This document shows, in pieces, positions 27,348-42,237 of a stretch of DNA of 64,000 nucleotides. The position numbers and the translations under genes are program-made. Below the pieces are notes generated by a model. The model saw only the letters and a list, made by a program, of their open reading frames with translations, ran no database searches and was not told the DNA's origin. The DNA comes from Macrostomum lignano (Eukaryota). The stretch spans positions 22,710 through 86,709 of the forward strand of contig NIVC01002099.1 in NCBI GenBank assembly GCA_002269645.1, in the 5' to 3' direction. Position 1 is the first letter of the stretch. Every line of letters begins with the position of its first letter.

Positions 27348-29544
27348 CTAACCTTCTTTTTCTGGCGAAGGTTTTCCTTTCGGATTTTTTCTCTCGTGCG
27401 GCGGCTGCTCCGCTTCTGTCTTCAAACTGTGGTCTGTCTTGCACAAGAAGAAGTTTCTGTGCGTTAGCCATGTCCATCGTGGCTTTTCATCGAAACCATC
27501 CATTGAGGGGTGGTGAAATAATATGTTGACTTCGTTGATTAGTGAAACCACGTCCTTACTATTGGCATAATTGTAATATGCAGTACAGATGCTTTTGACC
27601 ATTTCGCTGCCAGTTTCACCGCGACGATGCTCAGTATACCTGCACGTGACCAGGCCAGCTTGGTTGTGATGTGATTCATCTGGATCCATGGGTATTTCAA
27701 GATACTGCGCCAGCTCCCGGCAATTATATGTGATATTCGTCCGTCCAACGTCCGCGTTTTCAGTGCCTCCAGTGGATTCTTGCTCACGACCTTTTATTCG
27801 TAAGTTGAATATCACGAGCTTTGGAGCTGACCGATAGCCAATGTTTTTTAAAGCACCGATAATTTCGGCTTCAGTTACTGTTGAGCCGTCCGAGCACTCA
27901 ATTTTACCGTCTTTTTCAAAAGCAGTGATGACGAGAATCCACAGGTTGTGATGCTCCTTAAACTCTTCAGCCGTACGAATCAGCTCGCTCGCCTTCAGGT
28001 TGTTAAATTGCACTACACCAAACAGCATGTTCTCAAACAAGTAGCACAGTCGGTCACTGTCTATCTTTGAACCTTCGAGTGCGTTAGCGCCACCGGTGGT
28101 CACGCAATTGACAACAAGAGCAGTTGGTTCGCCATGGCGCTCATAGTAACCCATTTTATCTTCGTTTTTTGTTGCGTCTGGCTTCATCTGCTGCAAATCC
28201 TGAGTTCCGAGCACTTCTGAGTCCTTTTTAAGATAATCTCTACTTTTCTCATTAAATCGGCAAGGCTGTCGAAAGCGCATGAATTTGGGTGTGCCGTATT
28301 TGAGGTCAACAATCTCTTCTCCCTCGATCGTAGTACTGATGGAAGTTTCGAATGATTTTTTACGAATAATTGACCCGATGCATTTCGTCTGCCAATTATG
28401 AGTTTGATGTTCCTGCAAGGACTTGAAAAAATGTTCGATCCGATCAGCCACTGCAACTTTATACAAGCAGAAAATGTTTTTGTATTTTTGTTGGTAGACG
28501 CTCTCAGAAAAGTCAACCGAATTATCGAACGACCGGTTGCTGTCAACCTCACAGTAGACAAGCAGGCAGCGCTGCGTTTTGGAGTCTTTAATGGCTTCGA
28601 GAGTAATCTGTAAGCTCAGCGAATTCCCCATTTCCTCATCATTCACGACAACAACAACTGAAAATCTTGTGCCCGAAAGACGCTCGATCAGCTGGTTTAG
28701 CTGGAGCTGACTGGAATCCGGATTCGAGGAAAAGCCGCAGCTTTTAATGAATTCAAAATATTCATTTCCGGCTTTTGCTTCAGGAGATTCCGAAGACAAG
28801 TTGCTGCTGAATACCGCAACGCAGCGTTGTTCAACTGAAATGCAAAACAGGTGAAGCTGCGGTAAAGCGTAAGCAGTACGCACGGTGTCACAAACTCATT
28901 GATACGCTTGTAACTAATTTCTACCTGCTATCTTACTAATCTTACTATCTTACTAATTTCAGTGTACATCCTGAATTTCTAATCACAAAGAAGGTTCAGT
29001 TTGTTCGGTGCGATGCTACCCAACAATGTCCAATTTCCCGAAGCAAAAATTTCCAATTATGTTTTTTATCTCGCGCTTGCAATTCCATTCTCGCAGGTAC
29101 ATCACTGTAGCGCTGTAGGTTTGAATGGGTGATACGTTGTTCCTTCACTTTTTATTGCTGGTTGCTTGCCATGAGCCAATGAAAAAATTAATAATTTACA
29201 TTTCACAGGTTGGAAAATATTGATTATCTCCTTTCTGCTCAAAAAAGGCTCGTCCACACCGCTATCAACGAGTAAAAAATGTGTGTGATTACATGACTGA
29301 TGTACTCTACATAGATCAATGTACAATGCACACTGATTTACCCGTTTGATGGCAGTGCGGACTGGCCTGGCCTCATGAATATGCTCTCGACACAAAGTCT
29401 GGGAAGTAAAGCCTCGATTGAATTTGGATAAAAACATCCCTATTGTGGCGGCCTGTGGTCTGCGATTGGTGCAGCGCTCGTGCACCGGCACTCTCAGCTA
29501 CCCCCAGCCGTACACATAGAGGCCAGATTAGGTTTGAGGCGTGC

Positions 29545-29622
<78 letters not shown>

Positions 29623-30941
29623 CAACTGCAAAGCAATATATGGTAGCGATGAAGAAATATCTTAGGCTCTGAGAAGCCAATGCAGTCTGCGGATCCCCAG
29701 ATTGCTGGCATGCCAGGAAAAATGCCAAGCAATGCGGCCGTCAGCGCGTTTGGCCGTCAAGAAAGCTAAGCTTTCTTTCCATGGCCATAAAATTCACGCG
29801 AACAATACACAGCAGACGCCCACACAAATACGGAGCTTTCTTAGAAAAAGCTTTTTCGCCACATTCTTCCGAACCAAATCCGAGTTTCTTGTTTCATTCT
29901 AACTTGGCAATGATAATGCGCAATGGTATTGCATCACAGTCCCTGGTGGCATATTACAAAACAGAAGACTCTATTTGAGGCTTTAGCTATTTAGTTAGAG
30001 TAGGTGAGGCTGCGTGTGTAAAAAGCATTTAAAGAGCTTCAACTAAATCCAGAGTAAGGTCGACAGACTACCTATGATAATGAATAATACCTGACAACCG
30101 AGTTCAATGCTACTCGTAAACTCAAATTAATTCATACTTACCCTGTTGCTCCTTTTGTGGAGAGCTATCTTTAGGAATCGAGCTCTGTGGATACGATTCC
30201 ACATTTTCACCTGCAATAAAATAAACATCTTCATGATTTCATGCATCATTTGAAACCAGAATTTGTTATTCGAGCAATCGATGCATGATTAAGGATTCAG
30301 TTCGTCTGTCATCGCCTCTTAGTTTACCTCCTCTATTCTATTTATGATTAACCTAGATGATTATACTTTATTTACCTGTACATAGGTCAATTTTAAAAAA
30401 AATGGCATAGATTTATTGTGCATCATATATTCTCCTATCCATAACTGTGGTGTTGAGTTTCATAAAATTCGGATTGAGCTGTTATACATGTATATTTCAA
30501 TCGAGACCAAATTACAATCGCCGGTAGACCAGCGCTAAATTAGCATAATTTATTTTCTTCTGCACAAAAAACCATCGCGCAAATCATGCGAGCACATGCT
30601 CACCTGTGGCCACTGGAGCTGAGAAGATTTGGTTGCGGTTGCGATCCGCTAAAGCACCAACTGAAAATCAGATTGTTGAATTCGTTTATAAATGATGTGA
30701 TGTGAAACATTTATGATACAAGAACAGTGTTGTAATAGAATGCACCGTTGCAGACATTTACTGAACTATGGCTATGGTTCTACCAGCTAACTACATAATA
30801 AAAGCTCTCTATCCTGCGTATTGCGTGTTCCTGACAAGAGTTCAATACACGTATAACAAAATATCGTCAGCTAATCTTAAAGCAGGCTTTGCTCGGCTTT
30901 TGCTTACCTTCTTGTGTGTCTCCTGTGCTACTTGATGCCAT
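27348..30941 (-). CDS. Catalytically inactive caspase homolog (pseudo-caspase 2); predicted exons 30941-30908, 30660-30604, 30210-30142, 28834-27348 (alternative first micro-exon 28969-28954)
   Basis: Caspase fold (TALVVN, EGSKID..L, PKLVIF, GSEMV..IC, NFFL) with His replaced by F (VITAFE) and Cys by R (FNLRI). Main exon open for about 495 aa; acceptor ttttgcatttcag|TT GAA is phase 1; all upstream exons end in phase 1. Confidence 0.72.
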
Positions 30942-31639
30942 GGAAAGGTTTAATTTAGCGTTCAAGACACAACAGGCGTTGCTGGGATCAAAGCAGCCAA
31001 GCTGCAATAAGCTTTATTTTGCTCCGGAACAGAACCCTTGCTCCTGTGCAACCACCGCAGTGCTCAAAAGTATCTGGAGGAAAGCCTTTTAATCTGACAG
31101 GCAGGCGCGGGAACGCGGCTGAATCATCACCCACTTCTACATAACAGGCCCTCCGAATGGACACGCCTTCTGGTAATAAAACCGTGCAGGGTTGTGGAAT
31201 GAGGGTGAGTGTACGAGCGGGGCAATGCAGCGGTTTCAAGAGTACAAATAAAGTGTAACAGGTCGTTTATCGGTAGTCTCTGAAGGCTACTCACGCCAAT
31301 TACCTTACACGCCTGCTACCCCTCTGCCGCGACAGACAGAAGCTTCGAAGAACTGAGACAAGTCCTTTTCTTAGGTTGAGCTCAAACCTCACTAAACTCG
31401 GCAGTGGAGAGCCTCGGCTCTTCCAATTGCATTGTATTTCTAACCTTACTAGGCATTGTGCTCGGGGCAGTGTTGGGTGGTGGCGTGATATTTTTCCGCC
31501 CCACCCACCTTATTTGCTTTTTTGCATAGTTAGCTAGTTAGATGAATTAACACAGGGAGGGCAGGCAGGGTCTGCGTGGATGTTTTAGTGCAGGCAAATG
31601 GATAGGTCTAACAAAAAATATCTATGATAAGTTTGTAAC

Positions 31640-32667
31640 AGCAGATCAGCATTTTGAACGCTGATACACGAAAACGCGGTTGAAAGCGGCCACTGACGCT
31701 GCAGGACTGGATGATCGGCCCATTCGAACTGCGAAACCGCACCCGTCGTCCCGATATTTTCCAGCTCTCACCAGAAGCTTCGCTATCCTGTGCCAAAGTA
31801 CGAGAATCTTGGTTCTTGAAATGGAGCTCACACAGGTACTTATTTCATGTCGGTGCGAATCCTCGATCTGTTTCAGCTTTGTCTGTCGAGCCTTGGTCAG
31901 CCTTTGTGCATCTTTGACAGGATTTGCAAATATTGACACTCCTTCGCAGTGGTTTAGGGATTTTTAATTTGATGTGCACGATTCGACCATCTGCAGGCCA
32001 CTGCAGCATGGTTAAGAGAATACCAGCTATGGACTCCATTTGACAGCCTTCAATGGTTTACTATGAATCAGCACTGTACAACTTGCAGCGATTTTACCAT
32101 AGACAACTAAGGAGTCTTCAGTAGCCAATCGCTGCGAACGGTGCTTCTCGGAGCAAAATTGCACCCCCATATTGAAGGCAGACGATCAAATAGCTCCATT
32201 CATTCATGATGAATGCACTGGACAGATTGGAACTTTGGTACAAGTTTTAGATTGGAACATTGGACCCAGTTGCTTGACAAGCGAATTATATGACTTTTTT
32301 GTAAATTAGGTAATCGTTTCTTAAATTAAATAGGCCTGCGGAAAACATGCTGGTTTTCAAATACTTCAGTAAATTCGAAATTCGACTTCATTTTGCGCGC
32401 TGCTGCTCCACAAGCTAAGCTACTGGACCTGAACGCTAGCAGCCTTTCGTGCGTGCGTTCTCGTGCGCAAACCCCGCCCTCATTTAAAAAACAAAAAAAC
32501 TTGAAATCGGCAAATTTTCTGGATTTTGGCAGATCAGATTGGCAGATCGGTTTATTTATAATTATTGCAGCTGGCACCAGCAAGAGCAGGCGGTCAAAGT
32601 GCAGCGTGCGCGTCAGGGTGAACAGGAAATGCTCAAGTGTAAATGTTTGCGCTGGTGCGTGGCCTCA

Positions 32668-32670
<3 letters not shown>
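31640..32670 (+). pseudogene. Duplicated degenerate segment (paralog ~47110-48035) with weak ankyrin-like peptide remnants
   Basis: Two colinear copies, each followed by (GACA)n. Fragments YLFHVGANP / KYLFDAGANP and GLHLTAFNG; multiple stops and frameshifts. Confidence 0.3.
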
Positions 32671-33168
<498 letters not shown>

Positions 33169-33819
33169 GGCAGCCAGCGATTGCGAGTACATCTGCAATG
33201 AAACTCTCTGGCCGCCAAGCTGAGGGTGGGTCTACTTGGACAGGCCAAACCTGTCATACTCGGAGGGGGTTGGCATTCAATCGTGCCACCTTTTGGTGCA
33301 CCTCCCCATGTGATGGCGTGCTTATTTATACCCGACACATAAAGCAAATAAACTTTCACTTTTCTCGCTTGCAACCTACTTCGTTCTTCGCAAGCCGCTA
33401 AAATATAGTGTTTAGAAAAAATTTAAAATTTTTGTACCTGAGTAATTTTACATCTTTGAAACACTTTCAATTAGTGTTTTTGTTCCAAAACATCATTTTT
33501 GAATGATTATCATGATTATCATTCTTTGACCCGGACTTTACAGTCCGGATATCGCAAAGCAAACCTTAGTTTTTCGGCCGGATATTTCAACCTGCTTAGT
33601 GATTTCCGGGTAGGGGGGGAGACTGCAAGCACCCCGGAGAACGTAAAGCAGCTTGAGATATCCGGACCGGATACTTTAAGATGCTTGAAATATCCGGGGG
33701 CGGATCAGAAAGCACTTACAATGTCCTGGGGGAGATCAAAAAGTACTTGTACTATCTGGGCGGATAACACAAGACACGGATTTCCGAAAGTATAGCACCG
33801 GGCTGAACTGGACACCCAG

Positions 33820-36800
33820 TAGTAGTTTCCACCTGCCCTATAATCTGTAGTTTCCACCGGCCCTATAATCTGTAGTTTCCACCTGCCCTATAATCTGTAG
33901 TTTCCACCGGCCCTATAATCTGTAGTTTCCACCTGCCCTATAATCTGCAGTTTCCATCTGCCCTATAATCTGCAGTTTCCACCTGCCCTATAATCTGCAG
34001 TTTCCACCTGCCCTATAATCTGTAGTTTCCACCTGCCCTATAATCTGTAGTTTAAACCTGCCCTATAATCTGTAGTTTCCACCTGCCCTATAATCTGTAG
34101 TTTCCACCTGCCCTATAATCTGTAGTTTCCACCTGCCCTATAATCTGTAGTTTACACCTGCCCTATAATCTGTTTCCACCTGCCCTATAATCTGTAGTTT
34201 AAACCTGCCCTATAATCTGTAGTTTACACCTGCCCTATAATCTGTTTCCACCTGCCCTTTAATCTGTAGTTTCCACCTGCCCTATAATCTGTAGTTTAAA
34301 CCTGCCCTATAATCTGTAGTTTACACCTGCCCTATAATCTGTTTCCACCTGCCCTATAATCTGCAGTTTACACCTGCCCTATAATCTGTAGTTTAAACCT
34401 GCCCTATAATCTGTAGTTTCCACCTGCCCTATAATCTGCAGTTTCCATCTGCCCTATAATCTGTAGTTTAAACCTGCCCTATAATCTGTAGTTTACACCT
34501 GCCCTATAATCTGTTTCCACCTGCCCTATAATCTGTAGTTTCCATCTGCCCTATAATCTGTAGTTTAAACCTGCCCTATAATCTGTAGTTTCCACCTGCC
34601 CTATAATCTGTAGTTTCCACCTGCCCTATAATCTGTAGTTTACACCTGCCCTATAATCTGTTTCCACCTGCCCTATAATCTGTAGTTTAAACCTGCCCTA
34701 TAATCTGTAGTTTACACCTGCCCTATAATCTGTTTCCACCTGCCCTTTAATCTGTAGTTTCCACCTGCCCTATAATCTGTAGTTTAAACCTGCCCTATAA
34801 TCTGTAGTTTACACCTGCCCTATAATCTGTTTCCACCTGCCCTATAATCTGTAGTTTCCATCTGCCCTATAATCTGTAGTTTAAACCTGCCCTATAATCT
34901 GTAGTTTCCACCGGCCCTATAATCTGTAGTTTCCACCTGCCCTATAATCTGCAGTTTCCATCTGCCCTATAATCTGCAGTTTCCACCTGCCCTATAATCT
35001 GCAGTTTCCACCTGCCCTATAATCTGTAGTTTCCACCTGCCCTATAATCTGTAGTTTAAACCTGCCCTATAATCTGTAGTTTCCACCTGCCCTATAATCT
35101 GTAGTTTCCACCTGCCCTATAATCTGTAGTTTCCACCTGCCCTATAATCTGTAGTTTACACCTGCCCTATAATCTGTTTCCACCTGCCCTATAATCTGTA
35201 GTTTAAACCTGCCCTATAATCTGTAGTTTACACCTGCCCTATAATCTGTTTCCACCTGCCCTTTAATCTGTAGTTTCCACCTGCCCTATAATCTGTAGTT
35301 TAAACCTGCCCTATAATCTGTAGTTTACACCTGCCCTATAATCTGTTTCCACCTGCCCTATAATCTGCAGTTTACACCTGCCCTATAATCTGTAGTTTAA
35401 ACCTGCCCTATAATCTGTAGTTTCCACCTGCCCTATAATCTGTAGTTTCCACCTGCCCTATAATCTGTAGTTTACACCTGCCCTATAATCTGTTTCCACC
35501 TGCCCTATAATCTGTAGTTTAAACCTGCCCTATAATCTGTAGTTTACACCTGCCCTATAATCTGTTTCCACCTGCCCTTTAATCTGTAGTTTCCACCTGC
35601 CCTATAATCTGTAGTTTAAACCTGCCCTATAATCTGTAGTTTACACCTGCCCTATAATCTGTTTCCACCTGCCCTATAATCTGTAGTTTCCATCTGCCCT
35701 ATAATCTGTAGTTTAAACCTGCCCTATAATCTGTAGTTTCCACCTGCCCTATAATCTGTAGTTTCCACCTGCCCTATAATCTGTAGTTTACACCTGCCCT
35801 ATAATCTGTAGTTTAAACCTGCCCTATAATCTGTAGTTTACACCTGCCCTATAATCTGTAGTTTCCACCTGCCCTATAATCTGTAGTTTCCACGTGCCCT
35901 ATAATCTGTAGTTTCCACTTGCCCTATAATCTGTAGTTTAAACCTGCCCTATAATCTGTAGTTTACACCTGCCCTATAATCTGTTTCCACCTGCCCTATA
36001 ATCTGAAGTTTCCACCTGCCCTATAATCTGCAGTTTCCACCTGCCCTATAATCTGTAGTTTACACCTGCCCTATAATCTGTAGTTTAAACCTGCCCTATA
36101 ATCTGTAGTTTCCACCTGCCCTATAATCTGTAGTTTCCACCTGCCCTATAATCTGTAGTTTACACCTGCCCTATAATCTGTTTCCACCTGCCCTATAATC
36201 TGTAGTTTCCACCTGCCCTATAATCTGTAGTTTAAACCTGCCCTATAATCTGTAGTTTACACCTGCCCTATAATCTGTAGTTTCCACCTGCCCTATAATC
36301 TGTAGTTTCCATCTGCCCTATAATCTGTAGTTTCCACCTGCCCTATAATCTGTAGTTTCCATCTGCCCTATAATCTGTAGTTTCCACCTGCCCTATAATC
36401 TGTAGTTTCCACCTGCCCTATAATCTGTTTCCACCTGCCCTATAATCTGTAGTTTACACCTGCCCTATAATCTGTAGTTTCCACCTGCCCTATAATCTGT
36501 AGTTTCCATCTGCCCTATAATCTGTAGTTTCCACCTGCCCTATAATCTGTAGTTTCCATCTGCCCTATAATCTGTAGTTTCCACCTGCCCTATAATCTGT
36601 AGTTTCCACGTGCCCTATAATCTGTAGTTTCCACTTGCCCTATAATCTGTTTCCATCTGCCCTATAATCTTTAGTTTTCTCGTGCCCTATAATCTGTAGT
36701 TTCCACTTGCCCTATAATCTGTTTCCATCTGCCCTATAATCTGTAGTTTCCATCTGCCCTATAATCTGTAGTTTCCACCTGCCCTATAATCTGTAGTTTC

Positions 36801-38405
36801 CACCTGCCCTATAATCTGTTTCCACCTGCCCTATAATCTGTAGTTTACACCTGCCCTATAATCTGTAGTTTACACCTGCCCTATAATCTGTAGTTTCCAC
36901 CTGCCCTATAATCTGTAGTTTCCATCTGCCCTATAATCTGTAGTTTCCACCTGCCCTATAATCTGTAGTTTCCATCTGCCCTATAATCTGTAGTTTCCAC
37001 CTGCCCTATAATCTGTAGTTTCCACGTGCCCTATAATCTGTAGTTTCCACCTGCCCTATAATCTGTAGTTTAAACCTGCCCTATAATCTGTAGTTTCCAT
37101 CTGCCCTATAATCTGTAGTTTCCACGTGCCCTATAATCTGTAGTTTCCACTTGCCCTATAATCTGTTTCCATCTGCCCTATAATCTGTAGTTTCCATCTG
37201 CCCTATAATCTGTAGTTTCCACTTGCCCTATAATCTGTTTCCACCTGCCCTATAATCTGTAGTTTCCATCTGCCCTATAATCTGTAGTTTCCACCTGCCC
37301 TATAATCTGTAGTTTCCACCTGCCCTATAATCTGTAGTTTCCATCTGCCCTATAATCTGTAGTTTCCACCTGCCCTATAATCTGTAGTTTCCATCTGCCC
37401 TATAATCTGTAGTTTCCACCTGCCCTATAATCTGTAGTTTCCACGTGCCCTATAATCTGTAGTTTCCACTTGCCCTATAATCTGTTTCCACCTGCCCTAT
37501 AATCTGTAGTTTCCATCTGCCCTATAATCTGTAGTTTCCACGTGCCCTATAATCTGTAGTTTCCACTTGCCCTATAATCTGTTTCCATCTGCCCTATAAT
37601 CTGTAGTTTCCATCTGCCCTATAATCTGTAGTTTCCACTTGCCCTATAATCTGTTTCCATCTGCCCTATAATCTGTAGTTTCCACCTGCCCTATAATCTG
37701 CAGTTTCCACCTGCCCTATAATCTGCAGTTTCCATCTGCCCTATAATCTGCAGTTTCCACCTGCCCTATAATCTGCAGTTTCCATCTGCCCTATAATCTG
37801 CAGTTTCCATCTGCCCTATAATCTGCAGTTTCCATCTGCCCTATAATCTGCAGTTTCCGTCTGCCCTATAATCTGTAGTTTCCACCTGCCCTATAATCTG
37901 TAGTTTCCATCTGCCCTATAATCTGTAGTTTCCACCTGCCCTATAATCTGTAGTTTCCACGTGCCCTATAATCTGTAGTTTCCACTTGCCCTATAATCTG
38001 TTTCCACCTGCCCTATAATCTGTAGTTTCCATCTGCCCTATAATCTGTAGTTTCCACGTGCCCTATAATCTGTAGTTTCCACTTGCCCTATAATCTGTTT
38101 CCATCTGCCCTATAATCTGTAGTTTCCATCTGCCCTATAATCTGTAGTTTCCACTTGCCCTATAATCTGTAGTTTCCACCTGCCCTATAATCTGTTTCCA
38201 TCTGCCCTATAATCTGTAGTTTCCACCTGCCCTATAATCTGCAGTTTCCACCTGCCCTATAATCTGCAGTTTCCATCTGCCCTATAATCTGCAGTTTCCA
38301 CCTGCCCTATAATCTGCAGTTTCCATCTGCCCTATAATCTGCAGTTTCCATCTGCCCTATAATCTGCAGTTTCCATCTGCCCTATAATCTGCAGTTTCCG
38401 TCTGC
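33820..38405. repeat. 4.6-kb satellite of 25-bp units (tttccacctgccctataatctgtag) with 22-bp variants
   Basis: Tandem units with recurrent variant order (cca/aaa/aca) indicating higher-order structure; separates caspase modules 2 and 3. Confidence 0.97.
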
Positions 38406-39916
38406 CCTCGCCTGCAGTTATCTCCATCTATCTTGAATTTCTTTGCCGGCACCAGAATTGTCTTGTCATTATTGATTATGATTATGATTTTGATGATGGC
38501 GATGATGGTGATGGTGATAATGGTGATGGTGATTGTGATGATGATGATGGCGATGGTGATGATGGTGTTGGTGATGGTGATGATGATGATGGCGATGATG
38601 GTGATGGTGATGGTGATGATGATGATGATGATGGCGATGATGGTGATGGTGATGGTGATGATGATGATGATGATGGCGATGATGGTGATGGTGATGGTGA
38701 TGATGATGATGGTGATGGTGATGATGTTGATGATGATGATGGTGATGATGGTGATGGTGATGGTGATGATGATGGTGATGATGGTGATGATGGTGTTGGT
38801 GATGGTGATGATGATGATGGCGATGATGGTGATGTTGATGAAGGCGATGATAATAATGGTGATGATGGTGATGATATACTTTCTCAGAAATAAAAAGAAC
38901 GCAATGGAGCAGCAGATTCTGTGGAATAAATAATGATTTAACAACAATCGGTTCTACACACGAACTTATGATAAAAAGTATTATATAACAAAGAAACTGA
39001 TTTATAGATTTTTATTATTGAAATTAGTTTTCTTTGATTATAGATAATCATAAATAGAAAGCAGAATAGCAAAGACTCAAACCAGCACCCGTGCAGTAAA
39101 GTACATATTTGAAATGAGTAGCTACCAGCGTATTTTGAATCAAAAGACAAAATAAAGTAGCTCCGACACCTTATTAGGTTTCTTCACGATTCTTTAATAA
39201 AATTGAACTTTGAATCCCTTGAAAAAAATTGTCAGAATCAAAAAATTGGTGGGGATCACGCGGTGCTTAATTCCCTGCTACCTGCTTAGAGACGATTCCT
39301 TGAGCACAGCACAGATGTTAACTCTGCCGAATAGAAACTGCTCAAGGAAGTGGCGTGCACGGGTGTTCCAGCCCAGGACTGAAGCACCAGGGGAGAATGG
39401 CATTAGTTAAAAAGTGTATTAATGGCAGAGGAAAATTATTAACTTCAATTTTCAGCCTATAAAATAGCTAAATGTAACTAACAAGCAAAAAACTACAACT
39501 AAAAAGTTATAAGAAGCAAAATCAGACACAAAAACACGCGGCACATGCTAGCTAAATACAATGTAAGTTTATGCAATATAATATATAATAAATTATAACT
39601 GCAATATAATGCAGAACAGGTGACAATAATAAATAATTAATTTATGTGAGAGCCGCCATTATCTTAGGAAGAAATCATTTTTCAAATTTGAAAACATTTA
39701 ACTATTTGACAGAAACACTGTTTCATAAAAATCTGCTTATAAATACCATTTTTACTGGAGAATCAATCAAATTGCTCAGGCTTTAATAAACTTTGTACTC
39801 TTTCCCCGCCCTGGTAACGTGAGGAATTCGTTTCAAATTTTATGCTTTACGTAGAAGAATGAGTTGAGCAATTGAATGATTTATTTAAAATGACTTTAAT
39901 TTTTGGCAATGACGTC

Positions 39917-40683
39917 TGTGACGTTGCTAGTTTAAGTGATCCCGCAAAAGGGCCGTTGGACTATAGTTCCCCTTGTAATTTCTCATATTAATTTTTCCAA
40001 TAGTTTATTCTAACGTTTACTTATAGTAGCGTGCAAATAATTTGTATCAATTGCTAATTCACTGTGTATTTGCTATCCTCTCTCGCGACCGTATAAAATT
40101 GGCACGATCGATAATTTCAAGTTCTCTCGCCAGCCAATGTTTGCGCTACCCCCTGTTTTCGCTCTTTAATAGCCCCCCGTCTGGCGGCGGGCTGGTTTTT
40201 CATTTTTCCTTCTTCCTCTACTTCTTCCTCTCCCTTTCGTTCTGCCGTCCCTTCGCGGCCTTGTTTTCCTTCTCTGTCTGGCCAGCCTGTTTACACTGCC
40301 TGCCACTGTCTGCCACGGCTAACGCCAATCTCACCACTACGCATCTGCCACTGTTGTACTCATCGCCGTTACTCACCACGTCGTATCGCCCTGCATCACT
40401 CGCCTACCACTCGACTACAATCTCTAATTCACCTTTAATTCAAAACCATTGTTGCAGCCGCCAGTGTCCCAAAAGCGCAATAAGTTCTATATTGATATTA
40501 ACCACATTGATTATTGACCTGGACAATAATAACCAATTACGGCAGTTCCCTGCCTCGTATGCCAAGTGCTCCGCTACTCAATCCGCTTATCAAGACTTGA
40601 CTCGATTCATTTGGGACTACGACTTACAACTCTCGTAAAACGGCCCTTCTAAGGGTCATAACCTCTACGCCAATAACGTGACA
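39917..40683. mobile_element. Solo LTR (767 bp) with 5-bp TSD ACGTC
   Basis: acgtc|TGTGACGTT...AACGTGACA|acgtc. The paralogous site at ~24940 is empty (gtgacgtatgctag). Confidence 0.85.
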
Positions 40684-41282
40684 ACGTCTGCTAGTCAACT
40701 GATTTTTGTTTGTGTGCAATTGCGTGATAGCATGGCAATACCTAAAAAACCTGCACAACTGTACTCATGTTTAATATACATATGCTGGGGATAATTTATT
40801 AGGGAACCAACTAAAATGAATAAACTATGCTGTCTTATTTGAAGAGTTTATATTAATTACTTTGTGAATTATCTGATATAAAGATTCCAATCGATTTTTT
40901 ACTTTATTTTTACAAAGTATACTTAGTGATAGCAATAACTGAAGAATTTAAAATCGAAAAGGCAAGTCTTGTAAGCTGAGCATTTGATTTGATCTCCAGA
41001 GTAAGATTAAGCCTTGAATGAGAGCGTAAACAAATCATGCAAATATTTTTGAGTCAAGATTACGCCACGCTCGCTCACACCGCTATAAAATTGCGGCACT
41101 GAAAAAATTTGAAAAGCCGCGTGATTACATCATTAAGCTTGACCTGATTTTAAGGTGCGGTGTGAATGAGCATCAACACTATAAGCAAAGGGTAAAGGAC
41201 ATGCTTTGTCAGTCAGTTGTAGCTATTATTAGTTTTATTTGCTTTTAAATTGTTCTTGCCTTTCCTCAGGCTCCTCAGTCCA

Positions 41283-42237
41283 TCAGGCAGCTGAATTGTC
41301 TTCATTATCCGCATTATTGTCCGCATTATTGTCCGCATTGTTGTCCGCATTATTGTCCGCATTGTTGTCCGCATTGTTGTCCGCATTATTGTCCGCATTG
41401 TTGTCCGCATTAACCAACCAGAACTTCTCTGTTGTTGTGGCTGTCCAACACGGCAGCTGCCACTGGTGGCTATCTGTAGCAAGATGACTAGGCTCATCAG
41501 GATAATCAGGCTTTTCATAATAGTGCATCATGCGATAGTTGACGAACTTGCTGATCTCAATAACATCTAGTTGCTCATTCGGAATGTCACGAACATAATC
41601 AGCAAAAGCCTGGCAGAGGGTGAGAACAAACCTGCTACCACAACCGTCCTTTCGACTACTATAGTCTCCAGGAGCGGTGGAGTAAGCAACTATCGTGTTA
41701 GCCGGTATTTTACAGACGACATTTCCTTCAGCACCGTGGTGTCTGCAGGATTGAATGACTACAAGCTTCTGCTCTTTAATGTTGTTTAGGGATTCAAACA
41801 GATCGTTTTCCTCAACGCTTTTGTCATCAACTCCCGTAATTTTTCCGAGCTCTCCGTGTGACATAAAAACGATAACAGAGGTTTTGCTGTGATCTAGGCT
41901 GGAGAACTCCTCAACCACTGTTCGCAAAGCTTCGGAGCTCAAATTGTGCCAGATGGAAATTCGGTAGTAAAACTGCTGGAAAAGATGACGCAGAACTGCA
42001 GTATCGTACAGACTGGCCAGTCTGTCATCCTCACATTTAGGGAATATAGCGTTGCTGACTATCAGGAGGCGTGGGCGCTTCCCCTCTGGTTTTGAAATAG
42101 TGCTTTTCCCTTCAATCGGTTCTTTTACTTCTTCGTCGTGTCCAACATTCGAAAAAACCAAAGCTTCATCTGTATTAAATGTTTCTTCGCGTCGTCGCGG
42201 AAGCGGTATCACAGGGAATTCTTCTCCACCCTGGAGT
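41283..42237 (-). pseudogene. 5'-truncated copy of the 25554-27025 caspase (catalytic domain intact, N-terminal domain and ATG lost)
   Basis: Nearly identical FMSHG/IQSCRH domain. Homology to copy 1 stops exactly at 42237, where the TIR element starts. The ORF-track start is a GTG. Confidence 0.8.

Noticed and set aside
33820-38405. Possible CRISPR-like array
   Set aside because: Units are contiguous with no unique spacers, and the context is eukaryotic; an ordinary satellite.
40042-40638. 198-aa ORF
   Set aside because: Lies wholly inside the solo LTR; no coding features.
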